Assembly (NCBI GenBank): GCA_018667335.1
Contig: JABIVD010000016.1
Coordinates: forward strand, 3,683 to 67,682
Length of the DNA stretch: 64,000 nt
Direction of reading: 5' to 3'
Source: Rhodospirillaceae bacterium
GTDB taxonomy: Bacteria; Pseudomonadota; Alphaproteobacteria; UBA6615
In this document: in pieces, positions 17,892-27,997 of the stretch
Numbering within the stretch: position 1 is the first letter of the stretch
Layout of the letters: each line of letters starts with the position of its first letter
Translations under genes and position numbers: made by a program
The notes under the pieces: model-generated
What the model was told of the DNA's origin: nothing
Database searches by the model: none
The model's input: the letters and a program-made list of their open reading frames with translations, nothing else

Positions 17892-18656
17892 TCAAACGAT
17901 TTCGATCCCGGCACGCCGGGTGAGGTCGTTGAATTGCACCTGGTTGTGGACACCGGCCAAATCGGCAGGCGCCTCGCGTGCGAGCCAGGCGAGGACCTTG
18001 GCGGGCCGCTCCGGCGGCTGGCCCTGGTCGGGTGTGAGGGCGGCCGCACGGAAAACCGGGTTGGCGTAGATGTCGTTGACCATGTCGGTCTGTGTGAAGC
18101 CGGGTGACAGGGCGAAGATCTTCACCTTGCTGTCTTCCAGATCGTAGTGCAGGCACTGGGTCATCGACAGCAGTGCGGCCTTCGACGAGCAGTAGGCGGC
18201 ATAGAAGCGGTCGGGGATGAAAGCACGGGCGCTGGTGATGTTGATAATGATGCCATCGTCGCGCGCGGTCATCGATGGCAGCACAGCGGAGATGAGGTTG
18301 TACGGTCCCATCACGTTGATTTTGAGGACCTCCAGATAGGCGTCCGGTTTGACATCCGCGACCGAGCCCATCAGCCCGGTGCCGGCGTTGTTGATCAGAA
18401 TGTCGATTCGTCCATGGTCGGCCAGCACGCCGTCGACGAAGGACTTGGCGGCATCGAAATCAGCAACCTCGAAGCCATGGACCTCCGCAGTGGCACCCAG
18501 TGCTTCGACCGCGGCCTTGGTCTCTGCGCAGGCGTCGGCGCTGCGTGCGCACAGCACGAGATGGGCTCCGTCGGTAGCGAGTTCTCGTGCTGCGGCGGCA
18601 CCGATGCCCCTGCTGGCGCCGGTGAGCACGATGATCTTGTCTTTCAGGCTGGCCAT
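17892..18656 (-). CDS. SDR-family oxidoreductase
   Basis: TGASRGIG cofactor motif, NNAG and YxxxK (YAAYCSSK). Confidence 0.85.
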   Translation of the reverse strand: MASLKDKIIVLTGASRGIGAAAARELATDGAHLVLCARSADACAETKAAVEALGATAEVHGFEVADFDAAKSFVDGVLADHGRIDILINNAGTGLMGSVADVKPDAYLEVLKINVMGPYNLISAVLPSMTARDDGIIINITSARAFIPDRFYAAYCSSKAALLSMTQCLHYDLEDSKVKIFALSPGFTQTDMVNDIYANPVFRAAALTPDQGQPPERPAKVLAWLAREAPADLAGVHNQVQFNDLTRRAGIEIV

Positions 18657-18704
18657 GATTTTCCCCCGTCGTTTGTTTGTTGTCCGAATTCTGACCCGGC
18701 TAGA

Positions 18705-18740
18705 CGCAAAAGAAAACGCCCGGGCGAAAGCCCGGGCGTT
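18705..18740 (-). terminator. Rho-independent terminator downstream of the BI-1/YccA-family gene
   Basis: The + strand reads aaaagaaaacgcccgggcgaaagcccgggcgtt. On the minus strand this is a GC-rich 9-bp stem with a GAAA loop followed by a U-tract. Confidence 0.7.
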
Positions 18741-18764
18741 GGTGGTCGATACTTATGCTCTGCT

Positions 18765-19511
18765 CTAGTTGCGCTGGCCGAACAGGTGCAGCAGCATCAC
18801 GAACAGGTTGATGAAGTCGAGATACAGCCGAAGCGCACCCATAATCGCTTTTTTCCCGGCGACTTCGGAGCTGTCCAACTCGTTGTACATCTCCTTGATC
18901 TTCTGGGTGTCGTAGGCGGTAAGGCCGACAAAAACGATCACACCAATCACGGAGATAACGAACTGCATCATCGTCGATCCGATGAAGATGTTGACGACAC
19001 TCGCGATCACGATGCCGATCAGGCCCATGAAGAGGAAATTGCCCAACCCCGAGAGGTCGCGCTTCGTCGTATAGCCGTACAGGCTCATCGCGGCGAAGGT
19101 CGCGGCGGTGATGAAGAACACCCGCGCGATGCTGGCGCCCGTGAACTGCAGGAAGATATGGCTGAGCGACAGGCCCATCACGCTGGCGAACAGCCAGAAC
19201 ACAAGCTGCGCCGTCGACGCCTTCATCCGCTGAATGCCGAACGAAAGCACCATGACGAAGGCCAGCGGTGACAGCATGGCGATCCACGCCAGCGGTGTGG
19301 CGCTAACCTGGCCCTGGGGGCCGGCTTGATAGAAAAGGTTCAGCACGGCCGGGGTGTTCGCCACCAGATAGGCGATGATGCCCGTCAGCGCGAGGCCGGT
19401 CGTCATGTAGTTGTAGACGCGAAGCATGTAGGACCGGAGGCCCTCATCGATCTGCGCGGCGGCAGTGGCGCGGCCCTGAACAACCGTCCCACGTTCAAAT
19501 TGGTTAGCCAT
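18765..19511 (-). CDS. Bax-inhibitor-1/YccA-family membrane protein
   Basis: Start at MANQFERG. Seven predicted TM helices and a C-terminal charged tail typical of UPF0005/BI-1. Confidence 0.75.
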   Translation of the reverse strand: MANQFERGTVVQGRATAAAQIDEGLRSYMLRVYNYMTTGLALTGIIAYLVANTPAVLNLFYQAGPQGQVSATPLAWIAMLSPLAFVMVLSFGIQRMKASTAQLVFWLFASVMGLSLSHIFLQFTGASIARVFFITAATFAAMSLYGYTTKRDLSGLGNFLFMGLIGIVIASVVNIFIGSTMMQFVISVIGVIVFVGLTAYDTQKIKEMYNELDSSEVAGKKAIMGALRLYLDFINLFVMLLHLFGQRN

Positions 19512-19665
19512 GGTTTCGTGACCCTCCCAAGGGTTCCCTGTCATACGAAAATGTTTGCTGCGAGGAATATGGGGTGTGCGGGGGCGCAATTCAACCGTTA
19601 GCCGGGTGGATTTTCCGTGATGATGCCCATCCTAACGCTTTGATTTTAATAGGTTACGCCGGGCT

Positions 19666-20442
19666 TCATCCGCGACGCTGAACCAGGGTATGCCCCATGA
19701 GGCCAATCGCAATCGCGGTTGCCAGGATTGCCAGCCCCGTGACCGCGATCGGCGGCGCGATGGGTGCGATCGCGGCGGCGAGCGCGAGGCGGACCGCCAA
19801 GCCGGCCCAGACCCGCCAGAGACCGCGTTGCGGTGTCTCGCGACTTTCCAGCAGGGCGGCCTCGGCGAAGCCAAGCGCACCGGCTGCGATCACCCAGACC
19901 CCTGCCAATCCGAGCCGCCAGACGAGCAGTGCCAGCGCCAGCACCAGGAGCGCGCCGGCCATGGTTCCCAGTTTCTCGCTGAAGCCGCTGGCGGAATTCG
20001 TGATCTGTGCCAGCCAGCTGTCGGCGGCGCCGAGACCCGCGGCGGCGGCTCCCATCAAGGCGACAGACCAGAGCAGGGGGTCGGGTGGGTTGCCGGCCGG
20101 CAGGACAGCGAGCCCTCCCAGCAAGCATGTCATTGCGACCCGGGCCACCGTGAACCGGGTGCCGGCGGTGTTTTGCCCGGATGGCGCCTTTGGCGCGATC
20201 GCCGCAAACGCGATGAGCAGGACCAGCAGGCCGATACCCGCGACCGCCGGTGCGGAGCCGAGCTCGAAGGCAAGTGAAAACAGGCCGGAAATGGCGATCG
20301 TCACGAAGATCGTCAGCGGCAGGTGGCCCATGCGCATGGTGTGCACTTTGGGCGGGTGCAGGGTGGGATTCGGTCCGTTCTGGAATGGTGCGTCGGGCGC
20401 CGTACTCGATGAGGGGTCCGACTTGTTCTGTTCTTCGCTCAC
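19666..20442 (-). CDS. Hypothetical polytopic membrane protein (258 aa)
   Basis: GTG start with AGGA 6 nt upstream. Strongly hydrophobic with ~7 TM helices. The overlapping + strand ORF 19697..21580 has Ala/Ser/Arg-rich junk composition. Confidence 0.5.
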   Translation of the reverse strand: MSEEQNKSDPSSSTAPDAPFQNGPNPTLHPPKVHTMRMGHLPLTIFVTIAISGLFSLAFELGSAPAVAGIGLLVLLIAFAAIAPKAPSGQNTAGTRFTVARVAMTCLLGGLAVLPAGNPPDPLLWSVALMGAAAAGLGAADSWLAQITNSASGFSEKLGTMAGALLVLALALLVWRLGLAGVWVIAAGALGFAEAALLESRETPQRGLWRVWAGLAVRLALAAAIAPIAPPIAVTGLAILATAIAIGLMGHTLVQRRG

Positions 20443-20469
20443 GCCAAATCCTGTTCTTTGGGGAATGCG

Positions 20470-20520
20470 CTATTCATCTCGCAGCCCTATTCATTTCTCA
20501 GCCCTATTCATTTCTCAGCC
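20470..20520. repeat. 17-bp tandem repeat x3 (ctattcatYtctcagcc) spanning the stop codon of the ABC permease gene
   Basis: ctattcatctcgcagcc ctattcatttctcagcc ctattcatttctcagcc. The last copy encodes the C-terminal LRNE-stop of the permease on the minus strand. Confidence 0.8.
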
Positions 20521-23107
20521 AAGGTGCCGCCGACTGGCCCATCGCCCGCCACGTGCCGACAAGGCCTGCGCCGACGGTGATCAGGGTCCCGATCACGGCG
20601 GTGACGATGACGGCAACCGGCTCCGGCGTCCAGTCTATCCCGAGCAGCCATGTGACCACGGCCCAGCTGGTGATGCTGCCGACGATCGCCGCGATGATGG
20701 CGGTCACGAGGCCCAACAATCCATACTCCAGGATATAGGCGGTGACGATGTCACGCCGTGTGGCGCCGAGCACCTTGAGCACCACGCTGTCATAGATCCG
20801 CCGGCGACGACCTGCGGCGATTGCGCCGGCCAGCACGAGCGTGCCCGAGACCAGCGTAATCATGGCGGTGAGACGCACTGCCGCGCCGACATTGTCGACC
20901 AGCGCGGCCACGGTCTCGATGGCGGCGCGCACCCGGATCGACGTGATATTCGCAAATCTGTCGGTCACGCTGCGTTCCAGCGGGTCCTCGGCCACTGCCT
21001 CGGCGTGGACGATGGCGATATGCATGCGTGGAGCGGATTCGAGGATCCCCGGAGAGAACACCATGACGAAGTTGATCGCGAGCCGCTGCCAGTCGATCTG
21101 CCGCGTATTGGCGATCGTGGCGGTGAACGCGCGTCCGAGGACATTGACGGTGATGGTGTCGCCGATGTCGAGGCCCAATCCGTCCGCGACCCGCGCATCG
21201 ATGCTGACCAGCATGTCGCCGCGATAGTCTGCCGGCCACCATTCACCCTTGATGAGGGGGTTGTGGGCCGGCGCCTCTGCTGCCCAGGTGATGCCGCGGT
21301 CCCCGCGCAGGACCCAGCGTGCGTCGGGCGCGATGTTCGCCTCGGCGGCGGGCACGCCGTCGATGGCGGTGATCCGGCCGCGCAGCATGGGCACCTGCTC
21401 GCTGCGGTCGACCCCGGGCACATCCGCGACCAGGGCCTGAAACGGTGCGACCTGTTGCGGCTGAATATCGACGAAGAAGAATGCCGGCGCGTCCTGGGGG
21501 AGCTCGTCGGAAATCTGTCGGGACAAATTGCCCTCGATTGTCGCGACAGTGATCAGCATCGACAGGCCAAGACCCAGTGACAGCACAACCGACGCGGTTG
21601 CGGCCCCCGGTCGGTGCAAGCCGGCCAGGGCGAGCCGGACCGCGGGCCGCCGGACGCGCTTGATGCGCGCGGCCGTTGCGGCGATCCCTGCGGCGGCCAG
21701 GCGAAACGCGATCATCGCGCCGATGGAGCCGACGACGAACCATGTGGCGAAGCCGGCGTCGGATGCGGTTGCGATCGCCAGCGCTGCCAGGGCGACGGCC
21801 AACACAGCCGTGGCGAGAATATAGGTCGGATGCGGCAGACCGCGTGGCGGTGAGACGAGGGCGCGAAACAGGCCGGCGGGCGGAATTTCACCCGCCCGCG
21901 CGACCGACCAGACCGAGAAGACCAACGCGGTCAGCAATCCGAACAGGGCGGCAATGGCAAGTGGAACGGGGAACAGCCCTGTTGATACGCGAACAGGAAC
22001 GAAGCTGGCGAGCGCGTCGGCGGCCAGGAGCGGTAGCGCGGCACCCAGCACGAGCCCGATGGCGATCCCGCCCAGTGCAAGGACCATCACCTGCAGCAGG
22101 TAAATCCGGAATACGAGGGCGCGGGGTGCGCCGATGCATTTGAGAGTGGCGATGGTTTCGGTCTTGCCGTCGAGCCAGGCCCGGACCGCGTTGGCCACGC
22201 CAACCCCGCCAATCAGCAGCGCCGTCAGGCCAACGAAGGACAGGAATAGCGTCACCCTGCCAATCAGGCGGCTGAGCCGGGGCGAGGATTCGTTGAGGGT
22301 CCGGACGCGCCAACCGGCATCGGGAAATCCCGCATTGATGCTGTCGATGAAGGCGGCCGGCGTGGTCGTTTCGGGCAGGCGGACCCGATAATTGTAATGG
22401 ATAAGACTGCCCGGCTGGACCAGGGCTGTGTCGCTCAGCGCGGCATCGGCGATCAGCACCCTGGGTCCGAGTGAGAACAGCCCCGACCCACCGACCCGGT
22501 CCGGCTCATGCACAATGGTCGCACGCACGTCGAAGCTGGTCTCACCGATGCGCAGCCGATCCCCGATCGTGATCCCCAGCTTGGTGATCAGTTCGGGTGC
22601 GACGGCGGCGCCCCATGATCCGTCTCGTTGATCGAGCATATCTGCAAGCGTCAGCGCGGGTTCGGTCTCCAGGTTTCCATAGAGCGGATATGTCTGTTCG
22701 ACGGTTTTCAGCTCGATCAGGGACTGTGTGGCAAATTCGTTGCCCGAACGGGCATCTGTGCGGGCCATGGCGCGCATCTCGGCGCTGCCGGCCAGGACGC
22801 CGGCGTTCTGCAACGCGCGGCGTTCATCCCCGGTCGCGGGGCGGTGCACGATATCGACGAGTACGTCGCCACCGAGTATTTCCCGCGCGTCGGTGCTGAT
22901 GCTTTCCTCCAGCATCGCGCGTGTTGACCCCACGGCGGCGATCGCGGCCACGCCGAGTGCGAGACAGGCGAGGAAGATCCGGAAGCTGCGCAGGCTCCCG
23001 CGCAGTTCGCGGCGCGCCAGCTTAGCCGCCAGCGGCCAGGAGACGCCGTTATTGATGACGGGGTTATTCACGCCGGTACGTCGTGATCGAAGATTTGTCC
23101 ATCGCAC
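20504..23107 (-). CDS. ABC transporter permease, FtsX-like (YbbP family, 10 TM)
   Basis: 867 aa with two FtsX/MacB-type permease modules, each preceded by a large periplasmic loop. Overlaps the upstream ATPase gene. Confidence 0.85.
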   Translation of the reverse strand: MRWTNLRSRRTGVNNPVINNGVSWPLAAKLARRELRGSLRSFRIFLACLALGVAAIAAVGSTRAMLEESISTDAREILGGDVLVDIVHRPATGDERRALQNAGVLAGSAEMRAMARTDARSGNEFATQSLIELKTVEQTYPLYGNLETEPALTLADMLDQRDGSWGAAVAPELITKLGITIGDRLRIGETSFDVRATIVHEPDRVGGSGLFSLGPRVLIADAALSDTALVQPGSLIHYNYRVRLPETTTPAAFIDSINAGFPDAGWRVRTLNESSPRLSRLIGRVTLFLSFVGLTALLIGGVGVANAVRAWLDGKTETIATLKCIGAPRALVFRIYLLQVMVLALGGIAIGLVLGAALPLLAADALASFVPVRVSTGLFPVPLAIAALFGLLTALVFSVWSVARAGEIPPAGLFRALVSPPRGLPHPTYILATAVLAVALAALAIATASDAGFATWFVVGSIGAMIAFRLAAAGIAATAARIKRVRRPAVRLALAGLHRPGAATASVVLSLGLGLSMLITVATIEGNLSRQISDELPQDAPAFFFVDIQPQQVAPFQALVADVPGVDRSEQVPMLRGRITAIDGVPAAEANIAPDARWVLRGDRGITWAAEAPAHNPLIKGEWWPADYRGDMLVSIDARVADGLGLDIGDTITVNVLGRAFTATIANTRQIDWQRLAINFVMVFSPGILESAPRMHIAIVHAEAVAEDPLERSVTDRFANITSIRVRAAIETVAALVDNVGAAVRLTAMITLVSGTLVLAGAIAAGRRRRIYDSVVLKVLGATRRDIVTAYILEYGLLGLVTAIIAAIVGSITSWAVVTWLLGIDWTPEPVAVIVTAVIGTLITVGAGLVGTWRAMGQSAAPWLRNE

Positions 23108-23742
23108 AGATGGACCACCCGGCTACACCGCGCCGCGATGGCAGGATCATGGGTGATCAGCAGCAGGGTGGTTTCCCGCTGCGCGGACAGGTCAAACAAT
23201 GTCTCGATGATGCTGGCGCCGGTCTCACCATCGAGATTGCCCGTGGGTTCGTCGGCCAGCAGCAGCTTTGGTTGTGGGGCGAAGGCGCGGGCGATGGCGA
23301 CACGCTGTTGTTCTCCGCCGGACAATTGTGACGGGTAGTGATCGAGGCGATGTCCCAACCCCACCATCTCGAGGCTCGCGCGTGCCACGTCGAAGGCTTC
23401 GGCGTTTCCGGCGAACTCGAGCGGGACCGCGACATTCTCCAATGCGCTCATCGTCGGAATCAGATGAAAGGCCTGAAAGACGATGCCCACCCGGGCGCGG
23501 CGAAAACGGGCAAGTGCATCCTCGTTGAGTGTCGCCAGATCCTGGCCTGCCACCGCGACGTTGCCGCCGGTCAGCTGCTCCAGGCCGGCGATGACCATCA
23601 TCATGGTCGATTTCCCCGACCCCGACGGGCCAACCACGCCGACGGTCTCGCCCGCAGCGATCGTCAAATCGATTCCACGCAGGATGTTGACCTTGCCGCC
23701 CGCACTCTCCAAATGAAGCTCGGCATCGTCGAGCACGATCAT
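23068..23742 (-). CDS. ABC transporter ATP-binding protein (YbbA-like)
   Basis: Walker A GPSGSGKST, signature LSGGEQQR, Walker B LLLADEPT, H-loop ITHD. Start set at MIVLDDAEL. Confidence 0.85.
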   Translation of the reverse strand: MIVLDDAELHLESAGGKVNILRGIDLTIAAGETVGVVGPSGSGKSTMMMVIAGLEQLTGGNVAVAGQDLATLNEDALARFRRARVGIVFQAFHLIPTMSALENVAVPLEFAGNAEAFDVARASLEMVGLGHRLDHYPSQLSGGEQQRVAIARAFAPQPKLLLADEPTGNLDGETGASIIETLFDLSAQRETTLLLITHDPAIAARCSRVVHLCDGQIFDHDVPA

Positions 23743-23818
23743 CGGTGCCGCATCAACACCACGCTGTGTGGCCGGGCCCGTACCGGGTAGATCTTTCATT
23801 ATGGTTCGCCTTCGACCG

Positions 23819-24508
23819 ATGACATCTTATCTGGTTTCTACATATGGCCGCGCGGTTCGGATCATCAATGCCGGGGCGATACAACGCCTGTGTGCCGTAT
23901 CGGCGGCAATCGGGCTCGTCCTGATCCTATCGGTATTGCCCGTGGTGGCCGATGACAAGCCGGTGATCGTCGCCTTCGGCGATAGTCTTTCGGCAGGATA
24001 TGGCCTCGACGATGCGGAATCCTTCCCGGTGCGTCTCGAGGTGGCCCTTCGGGCGGCCGGCCTCGCGGCGCAGGTCGTCAACGCGGGTGTTTCGGGTGAC
24101 ACCACAGCCGGCGGCCTCGCGCGCCTCGACTGGTCGCTACCTGAGCGGGTCGACCTTGTAATTCTGGAGCTCGGTGCAAATGATGGGTTGCGGGGAATTG
24201 ACCCGGCGGAAACCGAGGCCAATCTTGATGCGATCCTGAAAACTCTCGGTAAGCGAAATATTCCGGTGCTCTTCACCGGCATGCTTGCGCCGCCGAATCT
24301 CGGCCGCCAATACGCCGACGCCTTCGATGCTCTCTTCCCGCGGCTTGCGGCTCGGCATGCGGTGGTCTTCTATCCGTTTTTCCTTGAAGGTGTCGCGGCG
24401 GAGCGTTCCCTGAACCAACCCGATGGCATTCACCCGAACCCCGCCGGGGTCGACCGGATTGTCATGCGTCTGCTGCCCTTCGTGCTGCGCGCGCTTGATG
24501 CAGGATGA
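23819..24508 (+). CDS. tesA: SGNH/GDSL hydrolase (arylesterase / acyl-CoA thioesterase I, TesA-like)
   Basis: Signal peptide then GDSLSAGYG, GANDG and a DGIHP catalytic block. Divergent from the ybbA/ybbP-like genes, as in the classic arrangement. Confidence 0.75.
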   Translation: MTSYLVSTYGRAVRIINAGAIQRLCAVSAAIGLVLILSVLPVVADDKPVIVAFGDSLSAGYGLDDAESFPVRLEVALRAAGLAAQVVNAGVSGDTTAGGLARLDWSLPERVDLVILELGANDGLRGIDPAETEANLDAILKTLGKRNIPVLFTGMLAPPNLGRQYADAFDALFPRLAARHAVVFYPFFLEGVAAERSLNQPDGIHPNPAGVDRIVMRLLPFVLRALDAG

Positions 24509-24512
24509 TTTG

Positions 24513-25643
24513 ATGAACAGCTTCCCGTTCGCACATGCCGGAGTTCTCGCCGAAGGACCTGTCACCGAATGGACGGGCTGGCAGGATTTGGTGGTCCATT
24601 GTCTTGCAGAATTTCCGGCGAAGGCGCGGGGGGTCGGGCTGCTCTATGTCACCGATCCGCTGGCGGGTGACGTGCCGGCGATTCTCGAATTTCTGAAGGA
24701 ACGGACCGGCGTGGCGGAATGGAGCGGCGCGGTCGCCCCGGCGATCTGTGCCGGCGGGATCGAGTATTTCGATACGCCTGCTATGGCCATGATGGCGTTC
24801 GACCTTCCGGAGGATGCTGTCACTTCCTTTTCCGGCACGCAGTCACAGTCTGGCGCAGGGAGTCAGAACGGCGGGGCATTCGCCATCGTTCATGCCAACC
24901 CCCATGCGCCTGGTGTGATCGATGCCGTGCCGGAGGCTGCGCAAGCCACAGGCGCCTATCTGGTGGGTGGACTGGCCACGGGTGACACTCAGAATCCGCT
25001 GATTTCAGACGACGAAACCGGTTTGGCCGGCCTGCTCTTCGATCCAACCGTGCCCGTCGCGACGGGCCTGACCCAGGGGTGCTCGCCGATCGGTCCGATG
25101 CACGAGATCACCGCGATGCAGGACGAGCTGGTCGCTGAACTCGATGGGCGTCCGGCGGTTGAGATTCTCCAGGAAGATGTCGGAGAGTTGCTGGCCCGTG
25201 ATCTCCGCCGGGTTGCCGGATACGTCCATGCGGCCATTCCCGTATCGGGGTCGGACCAGGCGGACTATACGGTCCGAAATCTGATGGGCATGGATGTGTC
25301 TCAGGGCCTGATCGCCGTGGCGGAGGCGCTCGAGGTCGGTGACCGCATGATGTTCGTGCGGCGTGACGCGGCCAGTGCGGTGGAGGATATGCAGCGCATG
25401 CTCGACGATCTCAAGCGGCGCGCGGGAGATCAAATTCGCGGCGCGGTCTATCACAGCTGCGTTGCACGCGGCCCCCACCAGTTCGGCCCCGGTTCGAAAG
25501 AGCTCACCATGATCGGGGAAACATTTGCCGACGTGCCGGTGATCGGCTTCTTCGGCAACGGCGAGATATCGAATGACCGTCTGTACACCTATACCGGCAT
25601 CCTGAGCCTCTTCCTTGATCCGCCGGAGAACGGCGCGGAATGA
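24513..25643 (+). CDS. FIST-domain sensory protein (FIST_N + FIST_C)
   Basis: 376 aa matching the FIST N/C domain pattern. The start follows the tesA-like stop by 4 nt. Confidence 0.65.
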   Translation: MNSFPFAHAGVLAEGPVTEWTGWQDLVVHCLAEFPAKARGVGLLYVTDPLAGDVPAILEFLKERTGVAEWSGAVAPAICAGGIEYFDTPAMAMMAFDLPEDAVTSFSGTQSQSGAGSQNGGAFAIVHANPHAPGVIDAVPEAAQATGAYLVGGLATGDTQNPLISDDETGLAGLLFDPTVPVATGLTQGCSPIGPMHEITAMQDELVAELDGRPAVEILQEDVGELLARDLRRVAGYVHAAIPVSGSDQADYTVRNLMGMDVSQGLIAVAEALEVGDRMMFVRRDAASAVEDMQRMLDDLKRRAGDQIRGAVYHSCVARGPHQFGPGSKELTMIGETFADVPVIGFFGNGEISNDRLYTYTGILSLFLDPPENGAE

Positions 25644-26182
25644 TCCGCCTGTTCGTCGGTCTTGGTTTGCCTGAAGGTCTGGGGGAACGCCTGACCGGAT
25701 TGCGGGGCCAAATTCCGGGTGCCCGCTGGGTGCCGCGTGAGAATCTTCATATCACCCTGAGATTTATTGGTGAGGTGGATGAAGAGGCTGCCGCCGATCT
25801 CGATGCCGCTCTGATGCGGGTCGATGCTCCACCGTTCGAGCTGGTGTTACGAGATGTCGGCCATTTCGAATCCCGAGGCCGGGTCCGCAGCCTGTGGGCT
25901 GGCGTTGAACGCGACCCCGCGCTCGAGCATCTGCAGGCTAGGATCGAAACCGCCTGTCAGCGCGCAGGGATGGCGCCGGAGGGCCGAAAATTCCATCCCC
26001 ACGTGACTCTGGCGCGCTGCCGGGACACGCGGACCGCGCGGATCGCAGACTTCCTTGCCGATCATGGAGGGTTTGGGGTGCCGGCATTTCCCGTCGACGC
26101 ATTCGCACTCTATTCATCCGCTCTGGGACGGGGCGGTGCGGTTTATACTCGCGAAGTCGAGTATCCGCTCGGACGTACATAA
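25640..26182 (+). CDS. thpR: RNA 2',3'-cyclic phosphodiesterase (2H phosphoesterase, ThpR/LigT)
   Basis: Two H-x-T-x motifs (HITL and HVTL) with 2H-family spacing. ATGA overlap with the upstream gene. Confidence 0.8.
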   Translation: MIRLFVGLGLPEGLGERLTGLRGQIPGARWVPRENLHITLRFIGEVDEEAAADLDAALMRVDAPPFELVLRDVGHFESRGRVRSLWAGVERDPALEHLQARIETACQRAGMAPEGRKFHPHVTLARCRDTRTARIADFLADHGGFGVPAFPVDAFALYSSALGRGGAVYTREVEYPLGRT

Positions 26183-26195
26183 ACAGGAACTAACG

Positions 26196-26933
26196 ATGCG
26201 CCTGCGCGAACATATTTCTCCCTCCGACCCGATCGTCATCCTGACAGGCGCTGGAATCTCGAAGGAATCAGGGCTGCAGACGTTTCGTGATCCCGATGGA
26301 GTATGGGCGAAGCACAAGATCGAGGATGTGGCGACGCCGCAGGCTTTCGCAACCAACCCGGATGCGGTTCTCGGTTTCTACAATTTGCGCCGTGCCCAGA
26401 TGGGCGATCCCGAAATTCAACCCAACGCGGCCCACGCGGCGCTCGGCGCACTCGAGGGCATCTGGCCGGGCGGCGTTCTCCTCGTGACCCAGAATATCGA
26501 TGATCTGCATGCGCGTGGCGGCAGCCGCAACCTCATCCACATGCATGGTGAGCTGGCGAAGACCCGCTGCAATGCATGCGGTGACCTGACAGAAGGTGTG
26601 GGCGACATCGAGACCGCGATGGTCTGCGGCAAATGTAGCGTGACCGGAACACTCAGGCCGCACGTTGTCTGGTTTGGCGAGATGCCGCTGGAGATGGACC
26701 GGATCGGCGGGGCACTCGCCAACTGCGGCCTGTTCGTCTCGATCGGCACCTCCGGCAACGTCTATCCGGCGGCCGGGTTTGTAGAGGAGGCGCGCAATCA
26801 TGGTGCCTACACGGTCGAGCTCAACCTCGAGGAATCACTCGGCGCGAGCCTTTTCCAGGAGGGGCGCTACGGCCCCGCGACGGAGATTGTGCCGGCCTTC
26901 GTGAATGAGCTCCAGGCGCTTGCCCAAAACTAA
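26196..26933 (+). CDS. cobB: NAD-dependent protein deacylase (Sir2 family, CobB)
   Basis: GAGIS, TQNIDDLH and the Zn-binding CxxC...CxxC pairs. RBS caggaac upstream of the ATG. Confidence 0.85.
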   Translation: MRLREHISPSDPIVILTGAGISKESGLQTFRDPDGVWAKHKIEDVATPQAFATNPDAVLGFYNLRRAQMGDPEIQPNAAHAALGALEGIWPGGVLLVTQNIDDLHARGGSRNLIHMHGELAKTRCNACGDLTEGVGDIETAMVCGKCSVTGTLRPHVVWFGEMPLEMDRIGGALANCGLFVSIGTSGNVYPAAGFVEEARNHGAYTVELNLEESLGASLFQEGRYGPATEIVPAFVNELQALAQN

Positions 26934-27507
26934 GACATCTCTCGATGTGGTTCTGGCCGATGCGCGCGCCTGCACGGCGTGCGCCGGGCTGCCGCTCGGC
27001 CCGCTGCCGCTGGTTCGTGCGGGCGCGTCGGCGCGCCTGCTGATCATCAGCCAGGCGCCCGGCACCAGGGCGCATGCGAGCGGCTTGTCGTTCGATGATC
27101 CGTCCGGTGATCGGTTGCGGGACTGGCTCGGGATGGACCGCGATGTCTTCTACGATGAAGCCCGGGTGGCGATCATGCCAATGGGCTTCTGCTATCCCGG
27201 TCGGTTGCCGCGCGGCGGTGATGCGTCGCCGCGTCCGGAATGCGCGCCTCTCTGGCATGCACCCATCCTGTCGGCGATGCGGGAAGTTCGGCTCACGCTT
27301 TATGTGGGGAGCTACGCGATCCGGTCTTATTTGCCGGGCTACCGGACCATGACAGATGCGGTGGCCGACTGGCGCACCCACGGGGTGGGCGTCTTGCCGC
27401 TGCCCCATCCCAGTTGGCGGACGAATGGGTGGGAAAAGAAGAATCCCTGGTTCACGCAAGAGCTTTTGCCGGAACTGAAGAAACGCTTGAGCGATCTCGG
27501 GCTCTAG
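26905..27507 (+). CDS. Uracil-DNA glycosylase superfamily protein (family 4/5-like)
   Basis: CTAC-type motif near the N-terminus, HPSP-like C-terminal motif, ~200 aa. Start uncertain; it overlaps the cobB 3' end. Confidence 0.65.
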   Translation: MSSRRLPKTKTSLDVVLADARACTACAGLPLGPLPLVRAGASARLLIISQAPGTRAHASGLSFDDPSGDRLRDWLGMDRDVFYDEARVAIMPMGFCYPGRLPRGGDASPRPECAPLWHAPILSAMREVRLTLYVGSYAIRSYLPGYRTMTDAVADWRTHGVGVLPLPHPSWRTNGWEKKNPWFTQELLPELKKRLSDLGL

Positions 27508-27911
27508 CCCGGGTTGGCCTCGATCTGTTCCATGTCATCGTCCGAGAATCCGAAGTGATGCCCGATCTCATGGATCAGCACATGACGGATCAGGTGGTAG
27601 AGATTTTCGTCCGTCTCGCACCAGTAGTCCAGCAGCGGCCGGCGATAGAGATAGATACGGTCGATGTCGCCGGGTGTATCCGAAAGCGACTTCTGGTCGA
27701 GGCTGACGCCGACATACAAGCCGAGAATGTCGAAGGGGCTTTCGAGTTCCATCGCCTCCATGGTCTCGTCGTCGGGAAAATTAACCACATGGATCGCCAC
27801 ATCCGCGACATGCCGCGACAGCGCGCGCGGGATCGTCGCGAAGGCTTCGCCCGCGATCGCCTCAAGCTCGGCAAGGGTTGGTGATGATTCGTATTTTCCG
27901 GTGGCGGCCAT
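27504..27911 (-). CDS. Zincin-like metallopeptidase-family protein (DUF1025/Zincin_1)
   Basis: C-terminal HEIGHHFG (HExxH) motif in a ~135 aa protein. Start placed at MAATGKYESS. Confidence 0.55.
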   Translation of the reverse strand: MAATGKYESSPTLAELEAIAGEAFATIPRALSRHVADVAIHVVNFPDDETMEAMELESPFDILGLYVGVSLDQKSLSDTPGDIDRIYLYRRPLLDYWCETDENLYHLIRHVLIHEIGHHFGFSDDDMEQIEANPG

Positions 27912-27997
27912 GACGCCCTCATATAGGGTCACTTGATCCTGACGCCAAGCGCCGTCAGGTTTGGCGCGCACAGTCACTGGATTTATAGGAGGCCGCG

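Noticed and set aside
19697-21580. 627-aa + strand ORF overlapping the membrane-protein and permease genes
   Set aside because: Ala/Ser/Arg/Pro-rich low-complexity translation typical of an antisense frame in high-GC DNA. The minus-strand genes have coherent TM and FtsX architecture.
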